From Octopus sinensis (lineage: Eukaryota), in assembly GCF_006345805.1 (NCBI RefSeq), contig NC_043007.1:33232001-33296000 (forward strand): a DNA stretch of 64,000 nt. Direction: 5' to 3'. A program made the translations under genes and the position numbers. The first letter of the stretch is position 1, and every line of letters begins with the position of its first letter. The notes under the pieces are model-generated. The model saw only the letters and a program-made list of their open reading frames with translations. It was not told the DNA's origin and made no database searches. This document shows positions 39,552 to 52,200 of the stretch, piece after piece.

Positions 39552-39724
39552 ACGTGGCTGTGTGGTTCAAAGTTTGCTTCCCGATGGTTCCGGGTTCAGT
39601 CGAATGGTTCCGGGTTCAGTCACACTGCATGGTACCTTGGGCAAATGTCTTCTACTACAGCTTCGGCCCGACCACAGCCTTATCAGTAGATATGGTTGGT
39701 GGAAACTGAAAGAAGCCTGTTTTT

Positions 39725-39784
<60 letters not shown>

Positions 39785-40137
39785 CACGTGTGTGTGACCC
39801 CTTCCCCTGAACAAATCGACCCTAGTAATTATGTTTTACGCCTGTTACCTATGTTGATGGTCCGCTAAGTCACCGGGATGTACCGCTAAGTAACAGAGAC
39901 GTAAACAAACCAACATTGGTTGTCAAACGGTAGTGGGGAAGATACAAACACAAAGGCACATATACATATACGACGGGCTTCCACACAGTTTCCGTCTACC
40001 AAATTCACTCACAATGCATTGGTCGTTCAGGAGCTATATTAGTAGAAGGCACATGCCCAAGGTACTGCGCAGTGAGACAACCCACAACTACGTGGTCGCA
40101 GAGCGAACATCTTAACCATCAGCTATGCTTGCGCCTA
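39552..40137. mobile_element. Two family A SINEs in opposite orientation (39552-39790 +, 39815-40137 -)
   Basis: Head GTGGCTGTGTGGT with duplicated ATGGTTCCGGGTTCAGTC; second copy is reverse-complemented. Confidence 0.8.
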
Positions 40138-40314
40138 TAAAATTTAATTGGATCAGTGCAACCAGCGTTCGAACTCGGTTTACTACAAACACGATGTGGG
40201 TGGTCCTAACCATTAGATAAATCACGGTAAACTATGTATGAAATAAAACAAAACAAAAAAAGGAAATGAAATAAAAAAAACGTCATGTAAGCATTATTTT
40301 ATGCTAAAAAAATG

Positions 40315-40478
40315 TAATTTTTGGTACAAGGTCAGTAATTTTGAGGAGAAAAGGAAGTAGAGTACATGGATTCCAATGTGCCACTGGTACTTTATTTTAT
40401 CGACCTTGAAAAGATGAAAGGCGAAACTGACATCGGTGACATTTGAATTGAGAACGTTAAGCTGACTAAAAAAAGCTT

Positions 40479-40525
<47 letters not shown>

Positions 40526-40748
40526 CAACAATAATAATAATCCTCCTTTCTACTCTAAGCACAAGGCCCGAAATTTTGGGGGAGGCAAACAGTCAATTAG
40601 ATCGACCCCAGTACACATCTGGTACTTAATTTATCGACCCAGAAAGGATGAAAGGCAAAGTGTACCTCGGCGGAATTTGAACTCAGAACGTAAAGACAGA
40701 CGAAATACCTCTAAGCATTTCGCCCTGTGTGCTAATGTTTCGGCCAGA
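40315..40748 (-). mobile_element. Two family B SINEs with (AAT)n tail between them
   Basis: TTTATCGACC..GAAA.GATGAAAGGC core twice. Confidence 0.85.
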
Positions 40749-40771
40749 ATAATAATGATAATAATAAAATA

Positions 40772-41168
40772 TCTTTATATATAAAAGTAAGGTTGTGTGT
40801 CTGTCTCCTACGATTTAGATTCCTAACTACTCCCACATTTTGCGGTGCAGTTTAACCAAAACCGGGTATCTTATAGTTGTGATTCATATCGAGCCCTTCT
40901 GGGTATTAGCGCACGTCTACGATGAGTCTACGATTTAAAAAATAATTTACCATAATTTTTTTCCATTTTAATGCATTTTTTCGCTATTATATAAGGGAAG
41001 TAACTCTCTTAAAATATCTACGATGAGTCAACGATTTAAAAAAAAATTTACCATAATATTTTTTCCATTTTTAATGCATTTTTTTGCTAATTTTTGGCTA
41101 TAACTCTCTAAAAATGCTTTATAGTTATTTCCCTTACAAACCCGAGCAACGCCGGGCGATACTGCTAG
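40772..41168 (+). mobile_element. Non-autonomous Helitron H1
   Basis: A|TC...hairpin...CTAG|T. Confidence 0.92.
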
Positions 41169-41541
41169 TAGGAATATAAAAACTGTTCCGAGATCACATT
41201 TTCTTCTTCTTTCCTAGCCTTCGAAATAATACCTAAAATACCTTTAAGGGTTTTTGTTGATCACACAAACACCCACGACGCAAACAACTTATAGGAAGGA
41301 CTACGGTGTTTAAGCATTTCGACAGATCTCTGTCAACACCAGCTGGTTTGTAGAGAACGCGTAAGAGCTTTTTCTGGGGGTTTTTTTTTCCTTCTTCTGT
41401 TTTTTAATTACCAGAATATTACAAGGAACTAAAACATTCGGACAGTGAGCAGAGCGAGCGAGCAATAGAGAGGTAAAGTGGTTAGCGCAATGCTGGAAAT
41501 GAAGTAAGATATCTTGGAGCGACAACTAAATAATTTTCCAG

Positions 41542-41693
41542 CTGACGTTGTGGTCACATAGGTATTTGAAATCGAATTCGTCATCCGGTTTTAATAATAG
41601 CCACCTTGGTACTTCGAAGCGTTTCGAGAAACTCAGCGTTGTTCTGCAAGCATTCGAACCAAGTGTCATCTCTTCCATGCCACCCCCAACAAT
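41542..41693 (+). CDS. Weak candidate exon in unique sequence
   Basis: ttttccag acceptor; gtacgt donor; open frame LTLWSHRYLKSNSSSGFNNSHLGTSKRFEKLSVVLQAFEPSVISSMPPPT; no recognised homology. Confidence 0.2.
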
Positions 41694-41993
41694 GTACGTG
41701 TGTTTGTACATACATACATACATACATACATACATACATACTACATACATACATACATACATGCTGATATATATAAATATACATACACATATATATACAC
41801 ACACACATAAACATAATATAGATATACACACATATACATGCATGTAAATATATACATATATATATATGCATGTAAATATATACATATATATATATAATAT
41901 ATATATATATATAACTTATTTGTGGGTATTCTTAGCACTAGCAATCTCAAAATAAAACTGTATTTTATGTATATTTAAATATACATACATATC

Positions 41994-42024
<31 letters not shown>

Positions 42025-42137
42025 CATACACATTACATATATACTAACATGCATACATATATCGATTTACTGAGTAAATATATAAATACATCTACATATA
42101 TACATAAATATTAATACATATACACACACGCACATAC

Positions 42138-42176
<39 letters not shown>

Positions 42177-42833
42177 AAATCTTAATATTTTTTAACATAT
42201 AGTAATCCCTAAAAAAAACTTAAACAAAACAAATTTTTTTTAAAGGCAGAGTTTCTAAATAAACTTCCTCATTGTAAACAATTAATTTTTCTCTCTTATT
42301 TTTCAAACGCGACTATAATTATTTTAAACACATATTTACAAATATATTATCTATGAAAGAAAGAAAAAAATAATTAAATAACGGTTTCTAAAATACACAA
42401 TCAACTGAAAAGACAGGCTTTAAATACAATTAAATAAAAAAATATATATACCGGTATATTGGTAATTAGTTATTTTTCTTGACTGAAAGGTTATACGTCT
42501 TAGAGATAGTCGCACTTAACCCTTCAGACAACCGTTGGCTTTCCACTACTACATTTGAACAAAACTATAAACGATATTACGTAACATATATATATATAAA
42601 AAAACACTTACTATATTTAATTTATCTTTCACTTTCCTTTTCGTAATTGCACGTTATGCATGCGTTGCATGTGCGTGTGTGTCTATATATATCTATATAT
42701 ATCTATATATATAGATATATATATATAGCTTAGATGGGTTAAAAGTGAAATGCGGTAACGCACGTTATATTAAAAAAAGTGTGGGAAATCTTTAACTGAC
42801 TTGATTACGAAAATTGTGTATATATATATATAT

Positions 42834-42865
<32 letters not shown>

Positions 42866-42933
42866 TGAGGGAGGGAGAGAGAGAGAGAATCAGTCCCAAA
42901 ACTTGTATAACAACCAATAATAATAATAATAAC

Positions 42934-42964
<31 letters not shown>

Positions 42965-43747
42965 ACAACAACAACACCGCTGACTTGACTTTGACAATCG
43001 ATATTATTAAAATGGTGCAATAACAATAGCACGTGACAAAAGCAGGATATTCCACACACATGAAAAAAAAACAAAAAAAAAAACAAAAGCAAAAGCAAAG
43101 AGGAAATCGGACGAATTTAAATAGTTTGTGTGAGAGTGAAATCAAATCTATATATTACGCAATGTGTATTTATAACTTAGTGGGAAAAAGTAAACAAAAT
43201 ATATATCATAGTTACTAGCGTTTTTTTTTTTTTGTTGTATTTTGTTATTTTTAAATTAAGTAAGCAATTAAAAATATCTCATTATAACGATATTAATAAT
43301 GCTTTGTTGATATGTCGATGCATTCATTGGCAGGCACGGTAAACGCGTTAAACAAAAATGACTAACAGTATTTTATCAGTTAATTAGCTGCGATAATTAA
43401 TTACGGATATTTCATGTTATGAATTTTAAATCTTGCTCATATCGACTTCGTCGTTCAGTTCGTTTTGAATCGATAGCAAAAATATATAAAAGTACCAATC
43501 AATTATTGGAGTTCGATTTTTATAACCGAACAATACTCTCTCTTCATTTCCTTAAGTGTGACGACTTGAGCAAGTGTTAGAAATCATTACGTAATAATCA
43601 TTCAGCTAAATGTTAAAATGATGTTTTGAACCAGTGGTCCTCAAAGTGGGCTGTTTTAAACTCTGGGATCAACAACTTCAGGGTGATTCAAAAATCGCCA
43701 TACAGAGGAACAATTTATCTTTTTATAAGAAACAGTTTTTTAGAATA

Positions 43748-44126
43748 CTAGCAGTATCGCCCGGCGTTGCTCGGGTTTGTTTCGACCCTTTAGAATTGGA
43801 ATTTTTGAAAAGTAAAACTTTTGCATTATGTAGCTTGTTATTCTCTTTAAGTGAACATTTTCTGGTTGAGATACACCGAAAAATGACGACACAGCAGTCA
43901 AAAAATCGTAAAAAAATAGGTATTTTCATAGAAAAAAAAGCATCTTTTTGATGTAAATAATTTTTGGTCTTAACATGGTCCGATTTGAATTTTATCTTCT
44001 ATGGAATGAAGAGCAATCTTCTATCAATTTTGGTCAACTTGCGCCGCAGGGTCTCGGAGGAGATAGTGTTAGTTGAAGGCTACCAAACCTGCCACACACA
44101 GACAACTTCAGCTTTATATAAATAGA
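43748..44126 (-). mobile_element. Non-autonomous Helitron H2
   Basis: Same 3' hairpin and CTAG as H1, different internal sequence; homologue at 51545-51938. Confidence 0.9.
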
Positions 44127-44147
44127 TTTCGTGTGTTGAACCATATT

Positions 44148-44371
44148 CTGTTGTGTCTAGGGAGAGTCATTTTCTTTTTTGTGCCTTATAATTTAAAACA
44201 CTCACCGGTAAAATTTCCACTTATTTCTTATAGTCTTGGCTCTATTGAAAAGGTTGCAAGATGCAACAAAAATTTTAGGAAAATAAAAATAAGAAATAAG
44301 TGGAAATTTTATCGGGGAGTGTGTTACATTATACGGCACAAAAAGAAAATGTCTCTCCCCAGACTCAACAG
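44148..44371. mobile_element. Foldback MITE with ~85-bp TIRs
   Basis: CTGTTGTGTCTAGGGAGAGTCATTTTCTTTTTGTGCC...CCACTTATTTCTTAT / ATAAGAAATAAGTGG...GGCACAAAAAGAAAATGTCTCTCCCCAGACTCAACAG. Confidence 0.85.
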
Positions 44372-44479
44372 TTTATAAGAATAGTATTTTTTTTTATTTA
44401 ACAGGCTCTATAATGGGCAGTTGTTTTGAATGGGCATTGTTTTGAATGGGCAGTTGTTTTGAATGGGCAGTTGTTTTAT

Positions 44480-44685
44480 AATGGGCATTGTTTTGAATAC
44501 ACATTGCAATACGTTTACCCCACTCATTGTGAATTCGTAATAACACACCTGGTGATACGTATGCAAATGAGTTGGTGATGCGTTCCTTCATATGATTTAT
44601 GTCTTTTATCTTTCCGCGATACACTATGCCTTTCAAATGCCCCCAGAGATAGAAATCAAGAGGGGTCAGATCAGGGGATCTAAGG
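44480..44685 (-). pseudogene. Tc1/mariner transposase C-terminal remnant
   Basis: RSPDLTPLDFYLWGHLKGIVY...KERITNSF...RIAMCIQNN: the SPDLxPxD motif carrying the last catalytic Asp. Confidence 0.9.
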
Positions 44686-44773
44686 GATCTTATAAATAGT
44701 TTCTTACAAATAAAAACAAAAAAACTCCTATGTATGGAGACTTTTGCATCACCCTATATTTGTCAAATAACTA

Positions 44774-45107
44774 AATTGTTTCTATCTTTAACACTAAACA
44801 AGAATTTTTGTTTTCTTATGAGGGAGTTAGGTGATTATATTGGATTATCTTGACCCCAGTGCAGGGACGGCCCTTGGGTTGCAGGCGCCCCGGGCAAGCT
44901 GAACTTCGGCGCCCTTACAAGTAAAATCTTTTAAAACTTTAATTGTTTCTATCTTTAACACTAAACAAGAATTTTTGTTTTCTTAAGAGGGAGTTAGGTG
45001 ATAATATTGGATTATCTTGACCCCAGTGCAGGGACGGCCCTTGGGTTGCAGGCGCTCCGGGCAAGCTGAACTACGGCGCCCTTACAAGTAAAATATTTTA
45101 AAACTTT
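44774..45107. repeat. Tandem duplication, 167 bp x2
   Basis: AATTGTTTCTATCTTTAACAC...TTTTAAAACTTT at 44774 and 44941. Confidence 0.92.
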
Positions 45108-45195
45108 CACAAGGAGAAAAACTGAAGATGTAGACTAAAAAGCACATGGCGCCCTGGGCAACTGCCCAAGTTACCGGTACGTTGAGCCGGCCCTG
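45029..45195. mobile_element. hAT-type MITE inserted in a family B SINE
   Basis: TIR CAGGGACGGC / GCCGGCCCTG; 8-bp TSD CCCCAGTG / ACCCAGTG. Confidence 0.8.
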
Positions 45196-45615
45196 ACCCA
45201 GTGGTTAACTATCACTGCATTTTATCAACTACGAAAGGATGAAAGGCGAAGTTTACGTCAGCAGGATTTGAACTCAACTCAGTTAAGAACCGGAATAAAT
45301 AACGTAAAGCATTTTGCCCAGCGCTCTATCGATTCTGCCAGCTTGCTGCTGTGTTTGACGGTTTCTGAGTTAGGCACGAGGCCAGTAATTTTGAGGGGAC
45401 GGGGTTAATTAATACCCTCGATTCTAGTATTTGGCTGTTATTTCCTTTTAACAACAACAACAACAACAACAATAATAATAACACTTTCTACTATAGGCAC
45501 AAGGCCTGAAATTTGGTGAGGTGGAGAATGGTCGATTACATCGATTCCAGTACATGACTGGTACGCCTTTTATCGATTCCAGAAGGATGAATGGCAAAAC
45601 GAACTCAGCGGAATG

Positions 45616-45683
<68 letters not shown>

Positions 45684-45815
45684 TTCTTTCTACTGTTGGC
45701 ACAAGACCTGAAATTCTGGGGCAGGGGACTAGCCGACTATATCAATCTCCGTATCCAACTGTTATTTATTTTTTCGACCCCGAAAGGATGAAAAGCAAAG
45801 ATGACTTAGGCGGAA
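45196..45815 (-). mobile_element. Cluster of family B SINE fragments with (AAT)n tails
   Basis: TTTCTACT...GGCACAAG.CCTGAAATT following AAT arrays; GAAAGGATGAA core. Confidence 0.8.
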
Positions 45816-45825
45816 TAATAAATAA

Positions 45826-45873
<48 letters not shown>

Positions 45874-45874
<1 letters not shown>

Positions 45875-46090
45875 AGAGTTGGCCAAAAGTCACCTGACAG
45901 TAAATCAAACCCATTTAATTCCAAGATTTGTTTACGTTTTACAACTGAATGAATTTAATAAAATCATCTAAATATTGTTCAAACCTAAGTCCTTCTTGAG
46001 CGACAGATTTTCCCATTCGAGTCAATACAGAAATACAGATTGTATTTATGGAATTTTGATTTACTGTCGGGTGACTTTTGACCAGCCTTA
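45874..46090. mobile_element. Tc1/mariner-type MITE
   Basis: TA-CAGAGTTGGCCAAAAGTCACCTGACAGTAAATCAAA / TTTGATTTACTGTCGGGTGACTTTTGACCAGCC. Confidence 0.8.
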
Positions 46091-46444
46091 TCGTTGCTAT
46101 AATGCAAAAGTGTCGTAAGTCCAAAACGTTGCTTTTTAAGAAAACGAAAAAAAAAAAAAATATTATCACCATATCATCATTTCATAGCAAAACTGTTATA
46201 CTACACTTTGACAATTTTTTTTTATATCTGGGCCTCTGAACCAGTCGGAGATACGATAGTTTGACCAAAAGAACCGGTAAGCAAAAATAAATATTGAAAA
46301 AAAAAAAAAACGAAAAAAAAACGCATTTGGCCAAATTTGGACATACGACAGTTTAACATAATACCAACGATATAAATATAAATACACGCTATAAAGGAAT
46401 GGATACGTAGGTTATTTAATAACTATCTTGCCTTAAGAAACGTT

Positions 46445-47233
46445 AGGCTATTGGCAGAAACGTTAGCACGCCGGGCGAAATGCGTAGCCGTATTTCGTCT
46501 GCCGTTACGTTCTGAGTTCAAATTCCGCCGGGGTCGACTTTGCCTTGCATCCTTTCGGGGTCGATAAATTAAGTACCAGTTACGCACTGGGTGATGTATC
46601 GACTTAATCCGTTTGTCTGTCCTTGTTTGTCCTCTCTGTGTTTAGCCCCTTGTGGGTAGTAAAGAAATAGGTATTTCGTCTGCCGTTACGTTCTGAGTTC
46701 AAATTCCGCCGGGGTCGACTTTGCCTTGCATCCTTTCGGGGTCGATAAATTAAGTACCAGTTACGCACTGGGGTCGATGTAATCGACTTAATCCGTTTGT
46801 CTGTCCTTGTTTGTCCTCTCTGTGTTTAGCCCCTTGTGGGTAGTAAAGAAATAGGTATTTCGTCTGCCGTTACGTTCTGAGTTCAAATTCCGCCGGGGTC
46901 GACTTTGCCTTGCATCCTTTCGGGGTCGATAAATTAAGTACCAGTTACGCACTGGGGTCGATGTAATCGACTTAATCCGCTTGTCTGTCCTTGTTTGTCT
47001 GTCCTTGTTTGTCCTCTCTGTGTTTAGCCACTTGTGGGTAGTAAAGAAATAGGTATTTCGTCTGCCGTTACGTTCTGAGTTCAAATTCCGCCGGGGTCGA
47101 CTTTGCTTTGCATCCTTTCGGGGTCGATAAATTAAGTACCAGTTACGCACTGGGGTCGATGTAATCGACTTAATCCGTTTGTCTGTCCTTGTTTGTCCTC
47201 TCTGTGTTTAGCCACTTGTGGGTAGTAAAGAAA
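46445..47233 (+). mobile_element. SINE family B tandem array (head plus four ~181-198-bp units)
   Basis: TATTTCGTCTGCCGTTACG at 46491, 46672, 46856 and 47054. Confidence 0.95.
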
Positions 47234-47734
47234 TATATCTACCGGTAAATGAAAAGAAATGCTCGACGATTTACTACATTCTGAGTAGCTGAGAGCAAAA
47301 CAATGATAAAGATGCTACAGTGTGTTGGCAGACTGCACCCAGACAAAAAAATACCAGAGCTAAAAATACTAGTCTCACATCCCGTCAATAATTCTCTTGA
47401 TTAATATATAAAGAAATTACACAGTTTCTCAGATCAGAAATAGAGTTGGGTTTACCGTATTCCCTGAACATTTATTTTTAATTTACCGCATAATTCCTAT
47501 AAACTTCGCAGTCATAGCTTAAAGGCAAAGAAAACAATGATGTTAATATATAATTCAAGCTCTGTGTTTTAAGTCAACGTAAAAAGCGACAGCGGTATGT
47601 GCAGTACTTTGGTCCGTCGGCTTATGATGAAATGGTAAGTCCTCGGCGGAAACAATATCAGCTAAAAGCTATACTACACGTTACAAACACTGTCTCCGTG
47701 AAGGAATTGTCAGGTGGCCATAAATAGAAGTCTT

Positions 47735-48159
47735 GGATCTTTTCGGTTTGAACGACACTTTTTTCTAGCGGTGTCATATGAAATTGTCACCTATAATTAT
47801 GACCCTAGTATCGATCTATTGCATTTCAATCTGTTTTAGGGTTAGGGTTAGGGTTAGTTAGGGGTGGGGGGAAGGGTATCTTTTTTCTTCACAAATGTAA
47901 ATAAACCCAATCTGTTTCTTAAACGAGAGACATATTCATACGGCACAGAATGCTTTTTAACTCAATAGACGTCACTGATTGGTTAAAATTGCAGAAATTG
48001 AAGAAAAATACAACAAATATCTTACAAACTATAGAATTTTCTCAATAAAGCGAAGAGAAAATGATGTTTTATAAACACAATCTACCAGTATACGAAGTTT
48101 AAAATATTTTAGTTACCTAGAAATTATGTTAAAAACTGCCGTTCAAACCGAAAACATCC
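47735..48159. mobile_element. MITE with 29-bp GGATC TIRs and internal (TTAGGG)n
   Basis: GGATCTTTTCGGTTTGAACG.../...CGTTCAAACCGAAAACATCC; second copy at 53006-53408. Confidence 0.88.
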
Positions 48160-48214
48160 GTATCTCCTGCTGCTTCAGATGCCCAGATAAAAAAAAAACT
48201 GTTAAAACAATTCA

Positions 48215-48612
48215 GAGTGGCTGTGTGGTAAGTAGCTTGCTAACCAACCACATGGTTCCGGGTTCAGTCCCACTGCGTGGCATCTTGGGCAAGTGTCTTC
48301 TGCTATAGCCCCGGGCCGACCAATGCCTTGTGAGTGGATTTGGTAGACGGAAACTGAAAGAAGCCTGTCGTATATATGTATATATATATGTGTGTATGTG
48401 TTTGTGTGTCTGTGTTTGTCCCCCTAGCATTGCTTGACAACCGATGCTGGTGTGTTTACGTCCCCGTAACTTAGCGGTTCGGCAAAAGAGACCGATAGAA
48501 TAAGTACTGGGCTTACAAAGAATAAGTCCCGGGGTCGATTTGCTCGACTAAAGGCGGTGCTCCAGCATGGCCGCAGTCAAATGACTGACACAAGTAAAAG
48601 AGTAAAAGAGTA
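48215..48612 (+). mobile_element. SINE family A, nearly full length, low divergence
   Basis: Head to GTAAAAGA-repeat tail; CpGs intact. Confidence 0.93.
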
Positions 48613-48779
48613 AGGTAATTTTTCGTCGTAAGCGTGCCACTCAGAAAACCCCGCGGACTGCAGTTTGCGCATGCTTGGTTTAATCACTCATTGCAGACTC
48701 AGTATTTAGGTGCTTCTATGCGCAATCCATTTAAAAGAATTCACCGGGAAAGAGTGAAACAAGCGGATGCAAGGCTTCA

Positions 48780-49095
48780 GATTTTGAAGTGACAACGGCA
48801 GGCAGGAAGGGGAAAACGAGGCCTACAGTTATGGAGGCTCTTAGAGCGGGTTAATAATTCAAGGAATGTTGTAAATGAAGAGGCAGACTTGGAATCATTG
48901 AAAGGAAAAGTAGCGTCAGTAAAAGCAATGCCCTTGAAGGTCCTAAGGACGATTTATTATTATTTGAAGGAAATATTACTGTTCCGGATCATATTGCAGA
49001 GAATTCCGACAATGATGAAAAGAGCAATTACGGATGCCAGGAGTGAAAATGAGTTTTTCAGGCTCTGGGAATGCTACTTTACCTAGTTCTGGCAA
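48780..49095 (-). pseudogene. Possible CR1/L2-type LINE 3' end
   Basis: Minus-strand fragments KNSF, RNSL, VIFPSN, LRTFKG resemble the NSFF..WNSLP..FP...L.TFK pattern; weak. Confidence 0.3.
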
Positions 49096-49209
49096 TGAGG
49101 ACTTCCTAGGTTTCGTGCATGATGATTAAGTAGACCACCAGTCTTTTATTCATTTATTTATTTATTTAACATTCGTTGTACTTTTGTACTCGTTATACAA
49201 CAGATGCTT

Positions 49210-49625
49210 AAGGCAGCGATCTGGCAGAAACGTTAGCACGCCGGGCGAAATGCTTAGCGGTATTTCGTCTGCGTTACGTTGTGAGTTCAAATTCCGCCGA
49301 GGTCGACTTTGCCTCTCATCCTTTCGGGGTCGATAAATTAAGTACCAGTTACGCACTGGGGTCGATGTAATCGACTTAATACCTATGTCTGTCCTTGTTT
49401 GTCCTCTCTGTGTTTAGCCCCTTGTGGGTAATAAAGAAATAGGTATTTCGTTCGCCGTTACGTTCTCAGTTCAAATTCCGCCGAGATACACTTTACCTTT
49501 CATCCTTTCGGGGTCGATAAATAAAGTACCAGTTCCGCACTGGGGTCGATGTGATCGACTTACTCCCTTTGTCTGTCCTTGTTTGTCCCCTCTATATTTA
49601 GCCCCTTGTGGGCAGTAAAGAAATA
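49210..49625 (+). mobile_element. SINE family B, two units
   Basis: Head AAGGCAGCGATCTGGCAGAAACG plus two cores. Confidence 0.9.
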
Positions 49626-50167
49626 TATACAACAGATGCTATTCTCTGGAAATATCAATTTCTCTAAGAATAAATTCAATTTTTTCCAACACGTCGTTTT
49701 GCTTTGTAGTACGCAAGTTAATAAAATATTTACTTTATCTTCATGTATTATATATATAAAAAAAAATATATTTCTCATATATTGCACATTGCTGCGTACT
49801 TTATATACTAACGTTTTACTCTTATAATTTGCTTTGTCTGTACTGAACCCGATGTGCGGTATTTCCTTTCATCTTCGGTAAATTTAATTTATTTTCCTTT
49901 CAAGGTCAGTATAGTGTTACTATATATATGATCTCGTACCTGATTCCGGTATATGTTGTATTTATATGCACAAAATCAGGTTTCCCGTCAAAATCATGTT
50001 GCTATCATTTTTCCCCCTCACTTCACTAAGATGTATAATGAAATATGAAATGTACTAAAATCGTTCGTTTTTTTCTTCCCTTTCTACAAAACATGAAGCA
50101 GGTTGATAAGCTACGGCTATGTCTTAAGAGGTGGTGCATCTTATAAGCTGGTAAGTATTAATATACA

Positions 50168-50562
50168 TAGGCGCAGGAGTGGCTGCGTGGTAAGTAGCTT
50201 GCTAACCAACCACATGGTTCCAGGTTCAGTCCCACTGCGTGGCATCTTGGGCAAGTGTCTTCTGCTATAGCCCCGGGCCGACCAATGCCTTGTGAGTGGA
50301 TTTGGTTGACGGAAACTCAAAGAAGCCTGTCGTATATATGTATATGTATGTGCGTGTTTGTGTGTCTGTGTTTGTCCCCCTAGCATTGCTTGACAACCGA
50401 TGCTGGTGTGTTTACGTCCCCGTCACTTAGCGGTTCGGCAAAAGAGACCGATAGAATAAGTACTGGGCTTACAAAGAATAAGTCCCGGGGTCGATTTGCT
50501 CGACTAAAGGCGGTGCTCCAGCATGGCCGCAGTCAAATGACTGAAACAAGTAAAATAGTAAA
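50168..50562 (+). mobile_element. SINE family A, full length
   Basis: TAGGCGCAGGAGTGGCTGCGTGG...GAAACAAGTAAAA. Confidence 0.93.
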
Positions 50563-50589
50563 AAAGTATACATACATACATACATACAC

Positions 50590-50985
50590 ACAGAGCTGTA
50601 TTGTGTATCTCACCCCGAGCTACACACGTGCACACATACACACGCACATTCACTCAGTTATATTTTGTATTTCACCCCCAACCGCTCACACACACATACA
50701 CACACAACACACACACAGAGTAGTATTGTGTATCTCACCCCCAACCACACACATACACACGCACTCAACTGTACTGTGTATCTCACCCCAACCACTCACT
50801 CACACACACACATACACACACCACACACAGAGACTCAATTGTATTGTGTATCTCATCCCAAAGACACAGACACACACACGCATACACACTCACTCAATTG
50901 TATTGTGTATCTCGTCCCCCCCCACAGACACATACACAGACACACACACACACTCACTCACTTGTATTGTGTAGCTCAACTCCAA

Positions 50986-51025
<40 letters not shown>

Positions 51026-51092
51026 CTGCACTGTGTATCTCGTCCCCCCCCACAGACACATACACAGACACACACACACACACACACCACAC
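50590..51092. repeat. Degenerate minisatellite (~50-70-bp units with variable CA tracts)
   Basis: Anchor TGTATTGTGTATCTCACCCC recurs about 8 times. Confidence 0.85.
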
Positions 51093-51544
51093 ATTAATGA
51101 CATTCACTCACTCCCATCACAACACACCTCTAAACGAAAGAATGAAATTAAAAGGACAAGTATTGTAAAGAGTGGGAAAGACAGTACAAAAGAGAAAAAA
51201 AATTTTGAAAGAAATGAAATAAAAATAAAATGAAAAAAAAAAATAGAAAAGGGAAATGCAGCGAGAACAGAAATTAGTTCAAGTATAGCGACAAAGGACA
51301 GGAAGTTGATTAATCTACGGTAAGAATTATACTTTAATTACTTGACGTGTTGAAATTTGGCAAAATGTTTGTCAATTGGCGACACGAGTAGTTGTGTGGT
51401 TATGAAACTTGCTTCCCAACCATGTGGTCGTGAGTTCCGTTCCACTGCGTGGTACCATGGACAAGTGTCTTCTTTTACACCCCTGGGCCGAAGAAAGCCT
51501 TATGAGTAGATTTGGTAGATGGAAACGTTAGAATTATACTTTAA

Positions 51545-51938
51545 CTAGCAGTATCGCCCGGCGTTGCTCGGGTTTGTTTCGACCCTTTAGAATTGGAATT
51601 TTTGAAAAGTAAAACTTTTGATTATGTAACTTGTTATTTTCTTTAAGTGAACATTTTTCTGGTTGGAATACTCCGGAAAATGGCGACACAGCAGTCAAAC
51701 AATCGTAAAAAATAGGGATTTTCATAGAAAAAAAAGCACCTTTTTGATATAAATAATTTTTGGTGTTAACATGGTCCGATTTGAATTTTATCTTCTACGG
51801 AAAGAAGAGCAAGCCTTCTTCTATCATACTGTCAATTTCGGTCAACTTGCGCCGCAGGGTCTCGGAGGAGATAGTGTTAGTTGAAGGCTACCAAACCTGT
51901 CATACACAGATAACTTCAGCTTTATATATAAAGAGAGA
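51545..51938 (-). mobile_element. Non-autonomous Helitron H2 with paralogous empty site
   Basis: Inserted in TACTTTAA^TTACTTGAC; the uninterrupted site is at 51330-51346. Confidence 0.93.
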
Positions 51939-52200
51939 TTACTTGACGTGTTGAAATTTGGCAAAATGTTTGTCAATTGGCGCAAGAGTAGTTGTGTGGT
52001 TATCAAACTTGCTTCCCAACCATGTGGTCTTGAGTTCCGTTCCACTGCGTGGTACCATGGGCGAGTTTCTTCTTCTACACTGCTGGGCCGAAGACTATAG
52101 CAGAAGACACTAGCCCAAGGTGTCATGCAGTGGGACTGAATCCAAAACCATATGGTTGGGAAGTAAGCTTCTTCCCCACACAGCCTCGCCCGCGTCTAAT

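Larger units (their letters stand above)
43679..44756 (-). mobile_element. Tc1/mariner deletion derivative with nested insertions
   Basis: ~30-bp TIR CAGGGTGATTCAAAAATCGCCATACAGAGGA vs the reverse complement at 44726-44756; TA at 44757-44758. Confidence 0.8.

Noticed and set aside
43632-43651. hAT/Charlie-like terminus CAGTGGTCCTCAAAGTG
   Set aside because: No matching partner end or TSD identified.
46445-47233. CRISPR array or tandem ncRNA gene cluster
   Set aside because: The units are SINE family B bodies found dispersed throughout the window.
47836-47870. Telomere or chromosome-fusion scar
   Set aside because: Only about three TTAGGG units, internal to a MITE present twice.
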